This document shows, piece after piece, positions 39,734 through 48,281 of a DNA stretch of 49,718 nt. Position 1 is the stretch's first letter, and each line of letters begins with the position of its first letter. Location: contig JAJZDH010000001.1 of NCBI GenBank assembly GCA_021828665.1, positions 1 through 49,718 of the forward strand. Reading direction: 5' to 3'. Under the pieces are notes generated by a model. It was not told the DNA's origin and made no database searches. It saw only the letters and a program-made list of their open reading frames with translations. Made by a program: the position numbers and the translations under genes. Source of the stretch: Thermoplasmata archaeon. Lineage in GTDB: Archaea > Thermoplasmatota > Thermoplasmata > Lutacidiplasmatales > UBA184.

Positions 39734-42097
39734 CTTCACGTCCGTCGGTGGGGCCGGTCGGGATCCCGGCCCGATCGGCTCGCCGGCGGTCCCGCCCTCC
39801 CTGCCTCGCGGGGAAGGGCGGGCCCGGCTCCGGCGGCCCGGGGGCGACGAATCGGCCACCATCCGGGCCCCGACGAGCGCGAAGAGCCCGAGCCCCACGC
39901 CGGCGACGCCGAAGAGGGTGAGGACGGTGCCCACGGTGCCGTTGTACCACGCGACGGCGGGCGGCGGCACGGGCGCCTCTACCGTCACGTTGATCGACTG
40001 GGCGACCTCCCGGCCCGTGGCATCCCGGACGATCACCGACGCCTCGTAGGTGCCGGCGGCGGCGTAGGTGTGCGTCAGCGAGGCGTTCGGGGATCCGGCG
40101 CCGTCCCCCAGCGACCAGATGAAGGTGAACGGGGCGGTCCCCCCCGCGATGGCCGCGCCCAGCGTCACGGTGAGGTTGAACGGGGGCACGTTCGCCAGGA
40201 TCGCCACCTGGGGGTCCGAGTTCACGACGACGGTCACGCCGCCGCTGGCGAACGCGCCCACCGAATCGGCCACCCCGACGCGGGCCGTGAACTTCCCGGG
40301 ATCGGTATAGGCGTACTGCGGATCGGGTCCGCTGCCGGTACCCTGGCCCGGGCCGAACGCCCAGGAGTAGCTGAAGGGGGCGGTGCCGCCGTCGACCGCG
40401 GCGGCGAACGAGATCGGATCGCCCAGATCGGTGACGCGGGGCACCGCCTGCACCTCCGCGACGGCGACGAAGGGGTTCACCGCCTCGAGGAGGGAGGCGT
40501 TCGTCGCCACCCCCGTCGCGTTCACGAGGCTCACGGTGACATTGAAGAGACCGGGGCGGCCGAACGAATGGGTGGCGTTCGCGCCCTGGGAGTGGTTCCC
40601 GTCGGAGAAGTTCCAGAGGAAGGTCATGGGCGGCAGGCCGCCCGTGACGAACCCTTCGAAGGTCGTCGGGACGTCGACGGTGGTCGGGTTCGTGAGGGAG
40701 ATCACCGAGGCGGTCGGCGTGGGGACGACGACGATCGAGTTGAAGAGGGTGGCGGAGCCGTAGGTGGAGTCCCGGACGGTCACGGCGATGGCGAAGGTCC
40801 CGGTCTCGAAGGTGGGACAGGGGACCGCGGCCCGCGCGCTCGCGCCGGAGCATCCGGGCGGCAGGACCGCGTAGGTGTACGTGTACGGCAGCACCCCGCC
40901 CGCGGCGTACACGTGGATCCAGAAGGTATCCCCGACCACCACCGCCGGCCGCGAGACCGAGACGTTCTCGCCCGAGAACGCGTCCACGGCGGCCCAGGTG
41001 TTGCTCGGCACCGTCAGGCCGTACGGGGTCCCCACCGCGCCGCCCCAGTACAGGACCAGGTAGCCGGTCGCACCGTCGAAGGCGAGCGCCGGCTCCCCGG
41101 ACGGGGCCGGTGCCGCGCTGCCGACCTCCGTGATCCGGGCCCAGCCGGCGGCGGAGAATCCCCAGAGGGTGAGCGCGTCGGTCCCGGGGTCCTGGGAGAG
41201 GACGGCGCCGTCCTGGTAGGTGCTGTCGAAGGCGGCCGCCTCGGCGCCGGGGGGACTCACCGCCGTGGCGACCTCCGTCCAGGTCCGGTTCCGGTACTCC
41301 CAGGTGTCGTTGAGCGGCTGGCTGCCCTCCACGCCGCCCGTGAGGACCACCTCGCCGAGGAGCGGATCGGCGAAGAGCACCGCGCCGATCCGCGGCGCCG
41401 GCGACGGCCCCGCCACCGCGACCCGGGTCCAGTTCTCCCCGGCGAACTCCCAGGTGGTGCCGGAGGCGGAGAAGAGGAGGAGCCGCCCGGAGAACGGGTC
41501 GTAGGCGATCGAGCTCGGGAACTGCTGGAGCGGCGGCCGCCCCGGCCCGGAGAGGTTGCTCCACACCCCGCGGGAGAAGCCGTAGGTGAGCCCCCGTCCG
41601 AAGTCGTAGGCGACGACCCGGCTGCCGTTCGGGTCGTAGGTGAGCGCGGTGTCGGCGCCCGGCGGCGGGCCGTTGTCGCACGCGGCCCCCCCGAAGTTCC
41701 CCGGGCAGACCTCCTGCCAGGCTCCGTTCGCGTACGCCCAGGTGTCGCCCACCGGCTGGGCGGTGGTCGGGGAGACCCCTCCGAAGAGGAGAATCTCCCC
41801 ATCGAAGGCATCGTAGGCCATCGCCGCGCCGTACCGGCCCGGGGGGCTGGACCCGGGCGTCAAGTTCGCCCAGCTGTAGCTCGGGGGGATCCCCGGCGTG
41901 ATGCCGTGGGGGTGGGCCGCCGCCGGAACCGCCGGGGGGGCGGTGGCCGGCACGATCCGGTCGACGGCGACCGGGGAGGCGGGCCGGGGGGCGGGAACCG
42001 TCCCGTGGGCGGGGCCCACCGGGGGGAAGGCGAGGCAGAGCAGGACGACGGAGAGGACCGGCCCCAGACGGCCCGCCAGCGAAACGGCTCGGTACAT
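39392..42097 (-). CDS. Kelch beta-propeller / 4x PKD surface protein with TM helix, continuing in frame into a complete Pth2 peptidyl-tRNA hydrolase domain (901 aa as one ORF)
   Basis: Signal is LGPVLSVVLLCLAFPPVGPAHG. About six Kelch blades (GDTWAYANGAWQEV, GTTWEFAGENWTRV, NDTWEYRNRTWTEV...). PKD signatures: MTFLWNFSDGNHS..HSFGRPGLFNVTV, FSYSWAFGPG..YAYTDPGKFTARV, FTFIWSLGDGAG..HTYAAAGTYEASV. TM is VGTVLTLFGVAGVGLGLFALVGA (39866-39934). A 44-aa basic/Pro linker leads into the Pth2 domain with no intervening stop. Confidence 0.8.
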   Translation of the reverse strand: MYRAVSLAGRLGPVLSVVLLCLAFPPVGPAHGTVPAPRPASPVAVDRIVPATAPPAVPAAAHPHGITPGIPPSYSWANLTPGSSPPGRYGAAMAYDAFDGEILLFGGVSPTTAQPVGDTWAYANGAWQEVCPGNFGGAACDNGPPPGADTALTYDPNGSRVVAYDFGRGLTYGFSRGVWSNLSGPGRPPLQQFPSSIAYDPFSGRLLLFSASGTTWEFAGENWTRVAVAGPSPAPRIGAVLFADPLLGEVVLTGGVEGSQPLNDTWEYRNRTWTEVATAVSPPGAEAAAFDSTYQDGAVLSQDPGTDALTLWGFSAAGWARITEVGSAAPAPSGEPALAFDGATGYLVLYWGGAVGTPYGLTVPSNTWAAVDAFSGENVSVSRPAVVVGDTFWIHVYAAGGVLPYTYTYAVLPPGCSGASARAAVPCPTFETGTFAIAVTVRDSTYGSATLFNSIVVVPTPTASVISLTNPTTVDVPTTFEGFVTGGLPPMTFLWNFSDGNHSQGANATHSFGRPGLFNVTVSLVNATGVATNASLLEAVNPFVAVAEVQAVPRVTDLGDPISFAAAVDGGTAPFSYSWAFGPGQGTGSGPDPQYAYTDPGKFTARVGVADSVGAFASGGVTVVVNSDPQVAILANVPPFNLTVTLGAAIAGGTAPFTFIWSLGDGAGSPNASLTHTYAAAGTYEASVIVRDATGREVAQSINVTVEAPVPPPAVAWYNGTVGTVLTLFGVAGVGLGLFALVGARMVADSSPPGRRSRARPSPRGREGGTAGEPIGPGSRPAPPTDVKMVLVLRGELRMAPVRAAVQAADAAVRASGVAARRRPAWAEAWGRSGQRKILLLAPTLAELEAIEREAAARGIPSAMVEDAGSDEVAPGTKTCLGLGPAPAAEIDPITGDLEPY

Positions 42098-42125
42098 CGT
42101 GGTCGTCTCCCTCTCCCGGCCCGGT

Positions 42126-44384
42126 TCAGTCTCCGAAGATGGATCGGCGCGGCGGCGGGGGCGGGTTCTTCCCCTGGCGGCCGCCCGCGCGCGGCGGGTT
42201 GGTCGGGGCCTTCGCCCCGGGCCGGGCGGTCAACGCCCCGGAGGGGGCTGCCACCGCCATGCTCACCTTGCGCTTGACCCGAAGGCGGGTGAACCCCGCC
42301 GCGATCGCGCCGCTCGCGATCGGGGCCGGGGCGAGCAGCCCCGGGCCGGCGCCCGGCGGCACCGGAGTCGACCCCGGGGCCCCGGGAGGCACGACGGGGG
42401 CGGTGGCGGGGGGCGGGAGGATCGGGGAGGGGGGAGGCGGCGGCAGGACGTTCTGGATCGGCGGCGGAGGCGGCCCGCTCGGCGGCTCCAGGGTGAGCAG
42501 CCCCGGAGGGAACGATATCGATTCCACCGTGGAGTTCTCGAACGGCCGGACGGTGACGGAGGTGAAGCTTCCGTTCACCGCGGTGCTGCCGAGGCCGTAG
42601 CAGGAAGGGGTGATGCAGGCATCCACCGGATACGTCCCGAACGGCGGCGCGGTGGCGTAGGCGTTGAACGAGGCCGACCAGCGGGCCCGGTCCACGAACT
42701 GGTTGCGGTCGGGGGCGGCGCTCCATCCCCACTCCAGGCCCACGACCCCGGGGGCGATCGGCACGAGCGTGGTGTTGGTGTCGCAGTCGGTGGTGAACCC
42801 GATCGGATCGAAGCAGCTCGCGGTCGGATCGAGCCGGCTCAAGTTGGTGGAGAACCCGAGGTTCCCGAACGGGACGAAGAGCATCTCCGGCGCCGCCGGG
42901 AGCGCGACGGAGAGGTCGGGGACCGCCGGTCCCGGTTCGTAGACCGCCTCGAGGCTCAAGGTGATCCGGGTGACGTTCGTCGACGCCGGGCAGGAATCGG
43001 CATTCCCGATGCAGATCCCGGGCGGGTCGGCGGAGACCGAGAAGTCGAACCCCAGCGGCGGAGCGACGAAACTCCAGGTATCGTTGAGAAGGCCGCCCGG
43101 GAGGGTCCCGTTCGGCCACTGCTCCCCGCCGAAGGCGAGGAGGTAGCCGTCGGCGGCGTCGTAGGCGAGCGGCGAGAGGCCGAGCCGGAGGGTCGGGTTC
43201 ACCGTGGGGACCGGAAACCAGCTTCCCCCGAGGTACCCCCACGTCACGTTGACGGGCGTCCCGTACTGCGGGTAGACCTGCTCGCCGACGAGGACGACGT
43301 ACGCGACGGCCGGATCGTAGGCGACCCACGCTCCCCAGACGAACGGCGGGCTCGTCGCGGGGAACTCCTCGGACCAGTGCCCCCGGGCGTAGGTCCAGGT
43401 GACGTTCGGCTCGAGGCCCGCGAGACCGGGCGCACCGTTCCCGACCAGCAGCACGTACCCGTCGGCCGCGTCGTACGTCATCGACTCCTGGTAGGCGTCC
43501 GGCGGCGGGCCGTGGATCCCGAGCGGCGTCCAGCCGCTGCCCCGGAAGATCCAGGTGTCGTTCGCGACCCCCCCCGAGCCGAGGACCCCTCCGAACAGGA
43601 GGACGTAGCCGTCCCGGGCGTCGTAGGTGATCGGGGCATCGAGACGGGGCGAGGGACCGGCGATGTACAATTGGGTCCAGCGGCCGCCGGAGAAGGTCCA
43701 GGTGTCCCCGTTGACGGGGCAGCTGATCCGGGGGCAGGCGAGCTCGCCGCCGAAGAGCAGGACGACGCCGTCGGCGGCGTCGTAGACCAGGCTCTCCCCG
43801 ACGCGCGGCGAGGGACCGGAGATGTTGAGCCGGGTCCATTGGCCCCCGGCGTACGTCCACGTGTCGGCGTAGGCGCCCGCACAGCCGGCCTGGCAGACGG
43901 GCGCCGTCAAGGTGGCGTTGCTGCCGCCGAAGAGCACCACCTCGGAAGCGGCGATGTCGTAGACCATCTGGGCGTCGGTGCGGGGGCTCGGGGCCCGGGA
44001 GGTGTTGATGCGCTGCCAGGTAGGCCCGGAGAGGGCGGCGCCCGGCCGCTCGGCGCCGCCGATCCCCGGGCAGGTGGCGGCGTACGGACCGGAGAGCCGG
44101 CACCCGGAGACGGGGGGGCTCGCGACGGTGGGGGCGGCCGCGAGGGAGGCGAGGGCCTCGGCCAGCGGACCGCCCGCGGGGCGGTCGGCGACCGGAGCCG
44201 CCCCGGCCGCCGGCACGGTGGCGGGGAGGAGCGAGGCGAGGAGGCAGACGAGAAGGCCGAGGATGGCGAGGCCCCGGGCAAGGTGGCCGTCCCGGCGGGA
44301 AGGGCCGGGCCGTCGTCCGGCGCGCGCCGCCGCCGCGCCGTCCTCCCGTTCCGCCTCCCCGGCGCTACGCGACGACGCTGACAT
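42126..44384 (-). CDS. Kelch beta-propeller surface protein with conserved membrane-proximal module, Pro-rich stalk and C-terminal anchoring module, ~752 aa
   Basis: First ATG at 44384 (MSASSRSAGE...). The track ORF starts at a TTG at 44429. Signal/anchor is LAILGLLVCLLASLLPATVPAAG. Six blades: ADTWTYAGGQWTRL, GDTWTFSGGRWTQL, NDTWIFRGSGWTPL, NVTWTYARGHWSEE, NVTWGYLGGSWFPV, NDTWSF. The C-terminus is homologous to that of CDS 19856..22021. The start overlaps the upstream gene by 20 nt. Confidence 0.8.
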   Translation of the reverse strand: MSASSRSAGEAEREDGAAAARAGRRPGPSRRDGHLARGLAILGLLVCLLASLLPATVPAAGAAPVADRPAGGPLAEALASLAAAPTVASPPVSGCRLSGPYAATCPGIGGAERPGAALSGPTWQRINTSRAPSPRTDAQMVYDIAASEVVLFGGSNATLTAPVCQAGCAGAYADTWTYAGGQWTRLNISGPSPRVGESLVYDAADGVVLLFGGELACPRISCPVNGDTWTFSGGRWTQLYIAGPSPRLDAPITYDARDGYVLLFGGVLGSGGVANDTWIFRGSGWTPLGIHGPPPDAYQESMTYDAADGYVLLVGNGAPGLAGLEPNVTWTYARGHWSEEFPATSPPFVWGAWVAYDPAVAYVVLVGEQVYPQYGTPVNVTWGYLGGSWFPVPTVNPTLRLGLSPLAYDAADGYLLAFGGEQWPNGTLPGGLLNDTWSFVAPPLGFDFSVSADPPGICIGNADSCPASTNVTRITLSLEAVYEPGPAVPDLSVALPAAPEMLFVPFGNLGFSTNLSRLDPTASCFDPIGFTTDCDTNTTLVPIAPGVVGLEWGWSAAPDRNQFVDRARWSASFNAYATAPPFGTYPVDACITPSCYGLGSTAVNGSFTSVTVRPFENSTVESISFPPGLLTLEPPSGPPPPPIQNVLPPPPPSPILPPPATAPVVPPGAPGSTPVPPGAGPGLLAPAPIASGAIAAGFTRLRVKRKVSMAVAAPSGALTARPGAKAPTNPPRAGGRQGKNPPPPPRRSIFGD

Positions 44385-47300
44385 CCGTCCATCCTGAGGT
44401 CGTGTAGCTCCAGAGATCCCCTTGGCCAAAGCCGGCGATCCCCCCGGGGATGGCCCCGGAGAGCCCCGAGTACCCGGCCGGCGACGGGGAGGTCAACCCC
44501 CCGAACAGGAGATCGGCGCCGTCCGGGCCCGAGAACGGATCGAAGACCATGCCGGCACCCGAGCGCGCCCCGAGCGGCGCGGGACCGACGACCGGACCGG
44601 ACCAGGTCCCCGAGGCGGGATGGTAGATCTGGAGCTCGTCGACCGGCTGGCCCGAGACCCCCACGCCACCGTAGACGAGCATCTCGTCGAGCCCGGTGTC
44701 GAAGCTCGCCGCCGGGTCGAAGACGGCCCGCGGTCCCGGGGAGAGCTCGGACCACCCGAGCTGGATCGAGATCCCGGAGGGGGCGGCCGGGGGCGGTGGC
44801 GGGAGGGCCGGGAGCGCCCAGAGCGCATCCTGGACGCCCCCGGCCGCGGGGGCCATCCCGCCGTACAACAGGTAGGTCGCGGAGAGCGGGTCGAACACCA
44901 TCCGGCCGCCGAAGCTCGCCGGGGGGCCGATCTTCGGCATGGTGTCCTGGCTCCACGACCCGTTGAAGAAGCTCCACGCGTCGCCCAGGGCGCCGGAGCC
45001 GTTCCAGCCGCCGTAGACCAGGGTGATGTTGGCGAACGGGAACTCCGAGGCCACCGCGGCATCGGCCCGGGCCGGGGGGCCGCCGGAGATCGTCACGTTC
45101 GACCAGCCGGCGCCCGTGAATTCCCAGGTGTCGTTCAGCGGGGCGGTGCAGGCCCCGTTGTTCGCGGCGTTGTCCGGGCAACCGCCCCAGAGCAGGATCC
45201 CGTCCCCGCTCGGGGCGTCGAAGAACAGGATCGGGTCCCACCGGGGCGACGGCCCGCAGGTCGCCCCGCAGACCTCCTTCCACAGACCCCCGGCGAAGAT
45301 CCAGGTCGTCGCGGTGGACGGGCCGAGGTTGCAGGCTCCCGGCACGAACGTGCCGCCGCAGCCGCCGAAGAGGAGGACGTACCGGTCCACGGGGTTGTCG
45401 ACCAGGGTCGCGCCGAATTCCGGTAGCGGAGCCGTCGGTGGCGGTTGGAGGGCGGTCGACGGGAGCGGCTGCCATCCTCCGGACCGGAACGCCCAGCCCA
45501 TCCCGCCCTCCAGCGCGTTCGAGGTGCCGATCCCCCCCCAGAGGAGCGGGGCCTGGAGCCCGGGATTGTACGACAGGGTGGCGAGGTAGACGGCCGGAGG
45601 GGCGGCGGTGGTCCGAAGCTCGGTCCAGACGCCCCCGCCGGTCGCATTGAAGCGCCACGTGTCCGCGAGCGGGCAGGGCCGGCCGCAACCACCGAAGAGG
45701 AGGAGCCCGCCGAGCTCCGGGTCGTCCGAGAAAGCAGCCTCCTGCCGGGCCGGCGGACCCTCGGTGCGGCAGGAGAGCGAACTGCAGGCGGTCCATTGAC
45801 CGCCGCCGAAGGTCCACGTATCCGCCATCGGACAGATCGCGAAGCCGCAACCACCGAAGAGGACGAGCTTCCCGGCGGTGGAATCGTAGGCGAAGGAGGC
45901 GCCGTCCCGCGGGGCCGGGGCGTGCCGGGTCCCCACCTCCGTCCAGACCCAGTCGGAGAGGGCGGCCAGGTACTGGAGGGTCCACGTGTCGCCGAGCAGC
46001 CCGACCGGTCCGTAGCCGCCGAAGAGGACCACCTCCCCCGAACTGGTGTTGAACGCCATGGCGGCGGAGCTCCGGGGCGAAGGGACCGCCCCCTCCGGTC
46101 GGAGCTGCTGCCAGCGGCCGTGGCCGTACTGCCAAAGGTCGTTCAGGTACCCTCCCGAGGAGTTCTGGCCACCGAACAAAAGGACCGATCCGTTGTCGAG
46201 GGTGGTCGCCGTCAGGCTGGCCCCGAACCGCTCCGGGGGGGAGGGAGTTCCGGCCGGAGGGACCGCCACCTGCCAGGCGTCCGACCGGGTCGCGGGGGAG
46301 TACGGGTCGAAGGTCCAGGTCGACCGGTTGCCGCAGCTGAAGCCGCATCCGGAGAAGAGGAGGGTCGCGTTGTCGCTCGCGTCGTACGCCGACGCCGCCC
46401 CGTATTCGGGCGGCGGGAAGGACTGCGGACCGATGAGCCCGGAGTAGGGGAACTCCTCGGGCGGCGCGGAGAGCGGGTTCGCCGCCCAGGTGTCCCCGAG
46501 CGGCGACCCGATCGTGGAGGTGCCCCCGAAGAGGACCACTCCCCCGTACGGGGTGCCGACCAGCCCCGCGTCGTATCGGGGGACCGGGGCGGTGACGGCG
46601 CCGAAGGCCCCCGTGATCGCGCCGGGGACCGCCGGGCCGTCCCAACCGTCCTGGGGAGACCCCCATCCGGGGGGGGCGGCGAACGGCATCCAGTGCAACG
46701 GGGAGCCGCCGAAGACCCACCATCCCGCGCCGGGCTCCGTCGCATTCCCGAGGACGGTGCCGTTCGCTCCGATCCCGCCGAACATGAGCGCCGCTCCGGC
46801 GAGGCCGCCGCCGGAGTAGCTCGTGAGCGCGGCATCGTACCGCGGCGTGGGGCACGGATAGTGCGCGGAGCAGTTGACGGCGTTGAAATATTCCCACCAG
46901 GAGCCGTCGTAGAACAGCCACGTGTCCCCGAGCAGGCGCGCGCCGCGGTCGCAGTCCACGACACTGTTCTGGCATCCCCCGAACAGGACGACCCCGCCGG
47001 AGGTCCCGAGCTGGGCCATCGCGGCACCGAACCGCTTCGGAGGATTGAACGCCGGTCCGGGCGGAGTGTACACCTGCTGCCAGCGGCCGCTCCGGAACGC
47101 CCACGTGTCGCCGGCGGGACAGGAGCGCAGCGCGCATCCTCCGAACAGGATGACCTCCTGATCGGAGCCGTCGTACGCCATGCTCGCCTGGAACCGCGCC
47201 GTGGGCGATGCGAAGGAGGAGATGGCGGTCCATCGACCGACACCCCCGCTCGGATCCAGGTAGCTCCAGGTATCCGACAAGAGCTCGTACGGTCCCGGGC

Positions 47301-48132
47301 AGCTGTTGTTGGCGAGCATGGTGAGGGAACCGTTCGCGCACCCCCCGAACAGGAGCGTGTAGCCGTCCCCGTAATCGTACGTCATCGCCGCACCCCAGCG
47401 CGGCCCGGGACACCGCGAGGCGGAGCAGGCGAGGTAGGGGGTCACGTTCCACCAGGTGTGGTCGCCCACATCGAACTGCCAGGTGTCCCCGTACACCGAG
47501 GTGTTGTAGGCGGGGTAGCCCGGCACCAGGGTCCCACCGTCGGTGGCGGCCCCCCCGAAGAGGAGCACATCGAACCGGGTTCCGTTGAGGAAGAGGGCGA
47601 GCGAGGCCCCCACCCGGGGGCTCGGACCGCCGCCGGGAACCGCCAAGGCGCCGGGCGCCGCCGAACGGCCCGCGCGGAGCCCGGGGGCGACCGCGGGCCC
47701 CGGGGTCGCGAGGGAGGCCGGCACCGGGCCGGTCGCCGGGTTCTGGAGCCCGCACTGGGCCTCGGAGCCGGTGCGGACGCAGTGCATCGGGACGCCGCGG
47801 GCCGGTCCGCTCCCGTTGTCCAAGGAGGCGATGGCGGCGGTCAGGCCGCCCGTGCCGCCGCCCGCGCCGGCGGGGGACGAGATCGGCGCCCCGACGGTGC
47901 CGGGGCCGGCGGGCAAGGTGCCCGGGATCCCCGTCGCCACGAGGAGCGCGACGGCCAAGAGCGCGAGCCGCCACGGGCGGAGGCCCCTCCGGCCCCCCCG
48001 AATCCGCCTCGGACCGGGGCCGGGACCCTCGGTGGCGGCGGTCCGAGAAGGGAGGCCCGGGTCGGGAGCTCGAGGTCCCGTGGCCGCCGTGGCGTTCTCC
48101 ACGTTCCAGCGGACGGCGGGGGGCTCACGCAT
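44365..48132 (-). CDS. Multi-propeller Kelch-repeat secreted/N-terminally anchored protein, 1255 aa, ~18 blades, no C-terminal TM
   Basis: Internal ATG at 48132 (MREPPAVRWN...WRLALLAVALLVATGIPGTLPAG). About 18 copies of the blade signature (G/N/A)DTW.F..G.W, for example GDTWQFDVGDHTWWNV, GDTWAFRSGRWQQV, GDTWLFYDGSWWEY, ADTWTFGGGQWTAC, NDTWEFTGAGWSNV, GDLWSYTTSGWTDV. The track ORF's upstream 200 codons are His/Arg/Pro-rich and overlap, in another frame, the clearly real 4-TM gene at 48282..48707. Confidence 0.85.
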   Translation of the reverse strand: MREPPAVRWNVENATAATGPRAPDPGLPSRTAATEGPGPGPRRIRGGRRGLRPWRLALLAVALLVATGIPGTLPAGPGTVGAPISSPAGAGGGTGGLTAAIASLDNGSGPARGVPMHCVRTGSEAQCGLQNPATGPVPASLATPGPAVAPGLRAGRSAAPGALAVPGGGPSPRVGASLALFLNGTRFDVLLFGGAATDGGTLVPGYPAYNTSVYGDTWQFDVGDHTWWNVTPYLACSASRCPGPRWGAAMTYDYGDGYTLLFGGCANGSLTMLANNSCPGPYELLSDTWSYLDPSGGVGRWTAISSFASPTARFQASMAYDGSDQEVILFGGCALRSCPAGDTWAFRSGRWQQVYTPPGPAFNPPKRFGAAMAQLGTSGGVVLFGGCQNSVVDCDRGARLLGDTWLFYDGSWWEYFNAVNCSAHYPCPTPRYDAALTSYSGGGLAGAALMFGGIGANGTVLGNATEPGAGWWVFGGSPLHWMPFAAPPGWGSPQDGWDGPAVPGAITGAFGAVTAPVPRYDAGLVGTPYGGVVLFGGTSTIGSPLGDTWAANPLSAPPEEFPYSGLIGPQSFPPPEYGAASAYDASDNATLLFSGCGFSCGNRSTWTFDPYSPATRSDAWQVAVPPAGTPSPPERFGASLTATTLDNGSVLLFGGQNSSGGYLNDLWQYGHGRWQQLRPEGAVPSPRSSAAMAFNTSSGEVVLFGGYGPVGLLGDTWTLQYLAALSDWVWTEVGTRHAPAPRDGASFAYDSTAGKLVLFGGCGFAICPMADTWTFGGGQWTACSSLSCRTEGPPARQEAAFSDDPELGGLLLFGGCGRPCPLADTWRFNATGGGVWTELRTTAAPPAVYLATLSYNPGLQAPLLWGGIGTSNALEGGMGWAFRSGGWQPLPSTALQPPPTAPLPEFGATLVDNPVDRYVLLFGGCGGTFVPGACNLGPSTATTWIFAGGLWKEVCGATCGPSPRWDPILFFDAPSGDGILLWGGCPDNAANNGACTAPLNDTWEFTGAGWSNVTISGGPPARADAAVASEFPFANITLVYGGWNGSGALGDAWSFFNGSWSQDTMPKIGPPASFGGRMVFDPLSATYLLYGGMAPAAGGVQDALWALPALPPPPPAAPSGISIQLGWSELSPGPRAVFDPAASFDTGLDEMLVYGGVGVSGQPVDELQIYHPASGTWSGPVVGPAPLGARSGAGMVFDPFSGPDGADLLFGGLTSPSPAGYSGLSGAIPGGIAGFGQGDLWSYTTSGWTDVSVVA

Positions 48133-48281
48133 CTCGTCATCAAACCCGTCGGGTGCGCATAATGGTTTGTTCCGAACGGTTCCGGACGGCCCCGCGGACG
48201 CCGCGATAACCGCTCCGATCCCGCGCGAGGCCCGTCGCTGCGGCAGAAGCTCCGGCTCTCCGCGGGCGGGGGAGTCCGTCC

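Noticed and set aside
39267-47974. Same-strand alternate-frame giant ORFs 39267..41681 (804 aa), 41860..44103 (747 aa) and 43907..47974 (1355 aa), overlapping the Kelch genes
   Set aside because: They are Arg/Pro/Gly-rich and lack repeats or TM segments, whereas the chosen frames give regular Kelch blades, PKD domains and anchors. Only one frame can plausibly be real.
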